Shown piece by piece: positions 56,460-64,000 of a stretch of 64,000 nt of DNA. The position numbers and the translations under genes were made by a program. Source of the stretch: Octopus vulgaris (Eukaryota); contig OX597817.1 of the NCBI GenBank assembly GCA_951406725.2, forward strand, positions 128,960,001 through 129,024,000, in the 5' to 3' direction. Below the pieces are notes generated by a model that saw nothing but the letters and a program-made list of their open reading frames with translations, was not told where the DNA came from and searched no databases. The stretch's first letter is position 1. Each line of letters begins with the position of its first letter.

Positions 56460-56655
56460 GTTTTGCTTGTTCCCATCATTGGACTGCGGCCATACTGGTG
56501 AGCCACCTTACCACCTTGAAGGTTTTAGTAAAAAAAATCTCTTCCAGTCCTTATTTTTAGGCTTGGTACTTATCCTATCGGTCTCTGTGTCAAACTAAAA
56601 TTACGGGAGCGTAAACAAACCAACACCATTTGTCAAATGCAAAGAAACACACACA

Positions 56656-56717
<62 letters not shown>

Positions 56718-56786
56718 CCTATCTATCTATCTGTCTGTCTGTCTGTCTGTCTCTCTATATTTGTGTGTGTGTGTGTGTGTGTGTGT

Positions 56787-57115
56787 GAAGGCGCATGGCT
56801 CAGTGGTTAGAGCGTCGAGCTTACGTTCGTGAGGCTGTGAGTTCGAATCCCGGACCGGGCTGCATGTTGTGTTCTTGGGCAAGACACTTTATTTCACGTT
56901 GCTCCAGTTCACTCAGCTGTAGAAATGAGTTGCGACGTCACAGGTGCCAAGCTGTATCGGCTGTTGCCTTTCCCTTGGATCACACTGGTGGCGTGGAGAG
57001 GGGAAGCCGGCATGCATGGGCGACTGCTGATCTTCCATAAACAACCTTGCCCGGACTTGTGCCTGGGAGGGTAACTTTCTAGGTGCAATCCCACGGTCAG
57101 TCATGACCGAAGGGT
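56787..57115 (+). mobile_element. tRNA-derived SINE (family D head/core, different tail)
   Basis: TGGCTCAGTGGTTAGAGC and GAGTTCGAATCCC boxes, core TTGTGTTCTTGGGCAAGACACTT. Confidence 0.88.
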
Positions 57116-57179
57116 GTCACGACATTTTCTTCAGTTTCCGTTTCTCAAATCGACACACAAAGCTTTGATCTGTCCGGAG

Positions 57180-57616
57180 CTTCTGATCGTAACTGACAGA
57201 AAGTGTTATCATGCACATTGTTTTGTCCTGGTATAAAAGACGCGCTACAGTAAGTATTCTGCTCAATACCACCGATCTGCTTGTCAGTTGCTTGACCTTA
57301 ACCATTTGAGCATGCCTCTTAGTAGCTGACGCTATGTGCATCGCTGAGAACGAGCAGAAGTAGTCGGGGGTCCCTAAATAACTCTTAGTCCGCTTTTGAG
57401 CGGAATGGGGTACTTGACCAGGAGAAAATTGTAACTGGACTCCACCTGCAAGGTCATGCGCTGTTTATCTTGATATGAGATCAATAAGGCGCGAGCATAT
57501 GAGTGTGATACATGTGCCTGGTGTACCCTTATCAGACGGGTAGTCATGATGGGTATACTAGGCTTCGTATATTTTACCACAGTCTCTTTTTGATAGCATG
57601 CACAGCTCTCTCGCTC

Positions 57617-57617
<1 letters not shown>
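57180..57617. mobile_element. Repeat family E, copy 3
   Basis: Aligns to 22630-23147 with an internal deletion. Ends at (AAT)n. Confidence 0.83.
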
Positions 57618-57679
<62 letters not shown>

Positions 57680-57680
57680 T

Positions 57681-57716
<36 letters not shown>

Positions 57717-57834
57717 AATGATAATAATATAAATGATGTTGATAATGATAACTGGTTCCAAATTTTGGCACAACGCCAGTAGTTCCTGGGAGAACGTAAT
57801 GACGAACGAAAAGAGGATAAGTATCAGCAAGAAT

Positions 57835-58047
57835 GGCTTCAAATTTTGGCACAAAGCCAGTAATTTCAGGGGAAAGGACGAGTCGAATACGTCGACTCCA
57901 GTACTCAACTGGTACTTATTTTATCAACCCAGAAAGGATGAAATCAAAGTTGACCTCGGTGGAATTTGAACTCAGAACGTAAGGGTGGACGAAATGCCGC
58001 TAAGCATTTAGTCCGGCATGCTAGCGATTCTGTCAGCTCGCCGCCTT
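57835..58047 (-). mobile_element. SINE family C
   Basis: GGAATTTGAACTCAGAACG ... CAGCTCGCCGCCTT. Confidence 0.87.
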
Positions 58048-58239
58048 AACAGCAGCAATAACAGTAGTAATTAACAGCCAAATGTAGTCACCCATCAAAC
58101 AATACCATCACTATTAACACCACCACTACCACCAGCTATATTTCCATTGTCAACGCGTGAACCGGGCACGTGTCATTCATATGTACCTTGGTTTCCTAGC
58201 AATGTATTCGTACTTCTCATGTTGAGAGGGCTTGTCTGT

Positions 58240-58893
58240 GGCTTGGCGGTGGTTGTGTTGGTGGTAGGGGTTGTGATGGGGACACTGACGATATATGTGT
58301 GATAGTGTTGGCTGTGGTGGCTGGGGAATAAGCAGTGTTATCGGTTGTGTGTGTCTGTGTGTATGTGTGTGTGTGTACGCGTGCGTGTTTTTGTATACGT
58401 GTGTATCTGCGTGCAGCGTGTGATGTTGGTCATGGTGGTAGTGGTGGTGTTGCTATGTTGGTGGTGATGTGGGAGATGGCATGTGTGTGTGGTGGTGGTG
58501 TTAGTGATGCTTAGCATTGGTGATGGGGAGGGTAGTGATGAGATTAATAGTTGTGAATGTTGTGGTGTCTCTGTTGGCGTTGATGATGGTAGGAATGGTA
58601 TGGGTATGAGTTGTGGTGGTGGTGGTGGTGCTGACAGGGATTGTGGTGGTAGCAGTGATAATGATTGCAGTGCTGGTATTGGTGGTTTTAGCAGTGGTAT
58701 TGGTGGTTGTTAGTAGTGGTACTGGTGATGGTGACAACGGTTAGTGGCGGCGGTAGTGGTGTTAGTCGTTTTGGCTATGGTGGTGTTGGTGGTTACCAGC
58801 CGTGGTGCTAGTGATGTAGATGATGTTGACGATGCCGAGGGTGGTGTCTGTTAGCGCCTAAATGTGTATCAATGTGCGTTTACGTGGTTTACA

Positions 58894-58964
<71 letters not shown>

Positions 58965-59400
58965 TTGCGACTTTGTATGCCTCCCTGTTGGATATTTCTG
59001 TCTTGCTGTGCGTCTGTCTCCATTCACGAGAGGAGTCTATGATTTATTTACATAGCCGTCTGGGTGGTAGTGGTGGTGGTTGTGGTGGTGGTGGTGGTGG
59101 TGATGCTGTGTGGTTGTGGTGGAGTTGGTTGTGAGTGGTGGTAGTGATATTGTGAGTAGTGGTATGAGTCAGTGCTGCTGGTGTGTGCGATGGTATTGTG
59201 ACAGTGGCGTGAATGTTTGTTGGCGGGGATGTTGGAGTGGATGATGGCACAATGCGAGTGGTGGGGACGGTGCTGAGAGATGTATTGTTGGTGTCGGTGG
59301 TGGTGCTTGTATTGGTAGTGGTAGTATGATTAATGGAGGTGGTGGTGTTTGTGTGAGTTATGGTGGCGATAGTGGCATGGATTATAGCTGTATTGGTGGA
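58240..59400. repeat. Degenerate (GGT)n/GT-rich low-complexity region
   Basis: Strong G/T strand bias with GGT/GAT/AGT triplets and a (TG)n core. Confidence 0.85.
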
Positions 59401-59646
59401 GTCTTGTTGATCTTTCCCTTCAGTTCAATCCCCCAGTTGGCCTATGCTCAAAAGCACATCAGCTATGAATGACCATCTTTTTAGGGGTACCCTGCATTGA
59501 ATTGAACCTCTTTTACAAGATAGTACGGGTCGTGATTTGATGGAGATTTGGCAGCTTATTTCTAGCACTGTTAGCAACGTTGAAAGTGATAGACTGGGCA
59601 TGACAGAGCCGTCTTAAAGGAATTATAGGCACACACACACACACAC

Positions 59647-59772
<126 letters not shown>

Positions 59773-61279
59773 TACGTTTATTGACAGCAAGCTACTTTGA
59801 TGAAAGTTGGGCCTCCTAGAATTGTGAAGCCTCTGGGCAACTGCTCAGTGTGCCTTCATCTTAAGACGTCACTGGACATGAGCAATCTGGATCTAGAATT
59901 TTTTCATTCGCATAATATGCATTTTTAAAAGGAAGAAAAATATCTGAAAATCGGCTATAATAATGTAGCCTTCCAGTCTTATTGCTTTGAAAGTATGAAG
60001 CGGAGAAAAAATTGAAAAAAAAAAGTTACAGAGGTTTTAAAATCGAAAAAACTGTGTATTGTTAGCCAATAGCGAGATAGAAATTTTCTGCGTTTAGTGG
60101 ACCAGTATCAACTTTAAGGTTGTACCCTGTGGAGTTTCTTTTAGTTTAGCGTCTGACCTGTTCATTATAGGTTTCTAAATAAACAGAGATACCAAAGAAA
60201 ATCAACACTTATCATCTTACTGTTTCTTTTGTCTCTTCATTGATTGTATGTTTTTATCATTTTTTTAAAATTTGGTATATTAATATATTTGTCTGCATGT
60301 GTTTACTTTATGCGTATTTCATTATTATGTATACCTGCCATGTATTTATGTACATCATTGATATAAAGTGCATGCGTGTGTGTGTGTGTGTGTGTGAAAA
60401 GGAAGCTTCTGCTCCAAAGCTCCAAAGGTGAGTAACGTTTTCATGCTTGGATTTGTAAACTACGATAAGAATAACACTAGTCAACAAGGAATTTGTCCCA
60501 AGGAAATTTTTGCATGCAGAATTGAAAAATAATGTCAAATTATCTGTATCACCCACAGTTTCTCTGTTCCGCGATATCCCTCTCAGTTACGGTTACGTGT
60601 GCTAAATTTCAGTTAAGCTGTTTAAATGTGAAGCTAACGGTTTCAGAAATACTCCTAATTCAAATTTTTATGAATAGAATTAACCAAGTGAAATCCAGCT
60701 ATCTGAGTTAATTAGTCCCAGAAATATATGAAATGAAAAATATGTAAAAATACTAAGCGTGAAAAATCAACATAGACAACAGCGTCACAGACAACAGCAA
60801 ACCATAACACAGAATGCGGTTGTCGTGGTAACAAGCTGCAAGTGCCACACTGTCTGTTGACTGGCTAAAATTACCCAAGTTTCCCAACTTTAATTCCAAA
60901 TAACATCAGATTCTTTAATCTACGAGATAAAATAATTGGTTGATCATAATAAAAATTCATAGTTGCATCGATGCACCGAAATTGAAAGCAATCTGAGTAA
61001 AATTAAGTGGGGTTCATTTTGTGAATGAGAAAGACTAGATCCGCAATCTTTTCGAAAAGCAGTTTGCATGAGACATGACTCATCATCAGGCAGGCTTAGA
61101 AAATTCAAGGTAATTTTTCATTAGGCGTACCATTCAGAAATTCCCGCAGGCTGCACATTATCCATGACTGGTGACAGACATAGAGTAGTGTTAGATAAGT
61201 GGTTCCAAACCGGGAATCCTATGACCCTTGGCAGGGTCATATAAGATTTTGCGAATTGAAGTTTATGTGCCATAAATTG

Positions 61280-61442
61280 CTTGTGGATGCGTGGTAAAAA
61301 GCTTGCTTCCCAACCACATGGTTCCAGGTTTAGTCCCATTACGTGGCACCTTGGGCAAGTGTCTTCTACTGCCTCGAACCGACCAAAACCTTATGAGTGG
61401 ATTTGCTCGACGGAATCTGAAATATATATGTGTATGTATGTA

Positions 61443-61475
<33 letters not shown>

Positions 61476-61715
61476 TGTATGTATGTATGTATGTATGTAT
61501 GTATGTATGTATGTATGAGTGTGTCTTTGTGCATGTATTTGTCCCCAACCGGTGATGGTGTGATTGCGTCCCCCTAAATTACTGGTTCGACAAAATAATC
61601 CGACAGAATAAGTACTAGGCCTACAAAAACTAAGTCGATTTGTTCGACTAAAACTATTCAATGCAGTGCCCCGGCATAGCCGCAGCCAAATGACGGAAAC
61701 AGTAAATGATAAAAG
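61280..61715 (+). mobile_element. SINE family A
   Basis: Head, internal (TATG)n and tail all align to 5335-5768. Confidence 0.87.
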
Positions 61716-62342
61716 ATAGAATATCTTAATAATCTTCTTATACAATTTCTAATATTTCTTTATAAAGTATAACAGGATATTTTACACATGGAATGAGTAT
61801 AAAGGTCCACCCTAATAAAATTGGAGTCAAAGGAATTCATAGACAAAAATGTTTAAGAAACACTATGTTAAATGGTCGCTGTTCCGGCGATGGCGATAGT
61901 AGTCGTAATGGTGACAATGGTGTTATGTTCCAAAGGTAGAAGTGTTGATAGTTTTGAGCTAGAGAGTAGTAGCAATGGTGGTGGTGGTGGTGGTGGTGGT
62001 GATACAGCTGAATTAGTTGTGGCGGGGAAAGCTGCATTATTGTTGTTGCTTAGCCCCTGTTCAGTTTCATACCAGAACACTTATGATCAAAGGTACATCA
62101 GCTACGACTACCATTTCTGATATTTTTGAAGACTCTAGGGTTAATTGTCTAATATCATCCCTAATTTTAAGATAGCTGTTTAAGCCGCATATGAGACTTT
62201 ATTTAGCAACTCTATGACCAAGAATAATCCAGCAAGAGCATTCATACCAGCTTTTTTCTGTATATTAGAAACAGTGCGGCTTAAGGTTTGAATACACTGA
62301 GGAGTTACCCAGTGGATGGAGCTCACGTATCTAGGGGCCCAA

Positions 62343-62715
62343 TTTTTACCTCCGCCTTAGTGAAGGCAGACGTGTTGTTTTCAGTCGTGTTTGTTTGTCT
62401 GTGGACAAGATATCTCAGCAACCGCTGGATGGATTCGGATGAAACTTTTAGAGATGTTTGGCCTTGTTACTGGCACGAAGCGATTAGATTTTAGGATCGA
62501 TCCAGTACCGGACAAGAATTCTAGATTATTTTTCTTTTCTTTTTTTTTTGTTACTTAATTTTTGAGAGCGGTCGGATTAATTTTCAGTATTCTCGTTTGT
62601 AAGAGCAGTTGAGTTTATTTCAGATATTCTCATTTTAAAAATCATCTCCGGCTAATCGTTGAGAGGACGTTGGTGTTGCCTAGGCGGAGGTTTACGCTCT
62701 CTAAGTGCTCTTGTT
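62343..62715 (+). mobile_element. Non-autonomous Helentron (DINE/HINE-like) element
   Basis: T-run start, sub-terminal IR ACCTCCGCC(T) / (A)GGCGGAGGT, short (GTTT/GTCT) tract, 3' stem-loop GC.CT..AGTGC before TCTTGTT. Confidence 0.7.
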
Positions 62716-62814
62716 ATCTATGTATTCTGTGGCTTGCTGTCAATAAATAAATACTAATGGGTCCAGTACATTGATTTTGTCAAGGGCTAATAATCAGATG
62801 GCCCTGATTAGAGA

Positions 62815-63010
62815 GTGGATTGGCAGAATCGTTAGAGGACCGGAATAAATGCCTTGTGGTTTTCTGGTTCTTTATGTTCTGAGTTCAAATCCCACCGAAG
62901 TGAACTTCACTTTTCATAATTTCGGGGGCGATAAAATGATATATCATTTCATTACTAGGGCTTGATATAACCAACTAGTCTCTTTTCAAATTCGCTGTCC
63001 TTGCGCCTGG
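62815..63010 (+). mobile_element. Decayed SINE family C
   Basis: TGGCAGAATCGTTAG ... TTCTGAGTTCAAATCCCACCGAAGTGAACTT. Confidence 0.75.
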
Positions 63011-63394
63011 TTTAGATACAATATTTGAGAGCACATTAACAATAGATAGTTGAGAAACAATTAGCTGTCATTTCTAGCAAGTACAGCGACTACGATGGTA
63101 TCGGTGGTGGTGGTGGTGGTAGTAGTTAGATGGAAAACATTGAGGTGAGAGGAAATTGGAGGATAGTGGTATTCGTGTTCGAAAGTGGGGAACGGAGACG
63201 GCGGAAAGACGAGTGGGGCACGGACGAAAGTTTAACACTGACATTGTTATAGATATCGCCCGTTTTCACACCGTTACCACCCGACACTCCAGTCCATGCC
63301 AGCCTCTCATAAGTCATATACGAATTAGCTGGTGGTGGTTGCAGTGGTGATAGTTGAGGTCGTAGTGAGCGTGCAGCCACTGTTGCTATTGCAG

Positions 63395-63432
<38 letters not shown>

Positions 63433-64000
63433 ATTGATGATGACGACGGTAATGGTGGTGGTGTCGGTGGTGTTGACGGGGGTTATGGGGCGAATGTGTT
63501 GATGTTGCTGGAGGTGTTAGCGTTGGTAGTGATAATGGTGATTTGTTTATGATTCATTCGTTTCTATTTGGCGGCAGGCTGACTAGATGTCTGATGTGTT
63601 GGGACGCTGGCTAGCTGTCACTGTGTCTTAGCATCTCTCTTCTCCTTCTTCCTCTCTTCCTTTCTTTCGTCCCCTTCTTGATTTGTCCCCTTTCGTTTGC
63701 CCAATTTTCTCTTCCGCCCTCTTTCTCTTCCTTACATCGCTATGGGTCTTATTTATATATATTTCTTTGTTATTGATTTCCTTTTCTTGCGAACATCCAT
63801 TCGTATGTCAGCAAATATTGTGACACCTCCCATGATTTACAACACCAGCAACAGCATCAGTAACAACAGCAATCAGTAAAGTCAAGCAAGAGAAAATAAC
63901 AACACGTACTAATGATTTTCAGTAGGTGTTAATATATACGTGTATAGAAGGGTTTATATACGCTTGTAGAACTAGGTTTCTCTTTCACTCTCTTGCTCTC

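Noticed and set aside
56787-56860. tRNA gene
   Set aside because: A/B boxes continue into a SINE core and tail, with no clean acceptor stem or T-run terminator.
58483-58737. Gly-rich / Thr-rich mucin-like ORFs
   Set aside because: These derive from degenerate (GGT)n sequence with frequent stops nearby.
61040-61095. Minus-strand CTGATGA with a TGAG/CTCA stem
   Set aside because: GAAA is not adjacent to stem II, and there is no stem I or III.

Overview
Eukaryotic, AT-rich, repeat-saturated DNA with no confidently identifiable host protein-coding gene. The SINE repertoire and extreme (TA)n/(CA)n/(TACA)n/(AAT)n density suggest an octopus (coleoid cephalopod) intergenic or giant-intron region; this is inferred, not verified. 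Nearly all ORFs in the track are microsatellite artefacts. The real content is: several tRNA-derived SINE families with swappable modules; decayed Tc1/mariner transposons (DD34D, DD34E, maT-like); R4/Dong-like, RTE, L1/Tx1 and CR1-like LINE fragments; Helitron/Helentron non-autonomous elements; and a Penelope-like GIY-YIG fragment. The most notable unexplained layer is about 10 short type-I hammerhead-ribozyme-like motifs, mostly unrelated in sequence. Most lie in small islands next to (TA)n tracts, and several carry a recurrent CCGAnGA (U4C) core. Long near-perfect foldback palindromes are also present. All structures were read by eye; no folding or database search was run.
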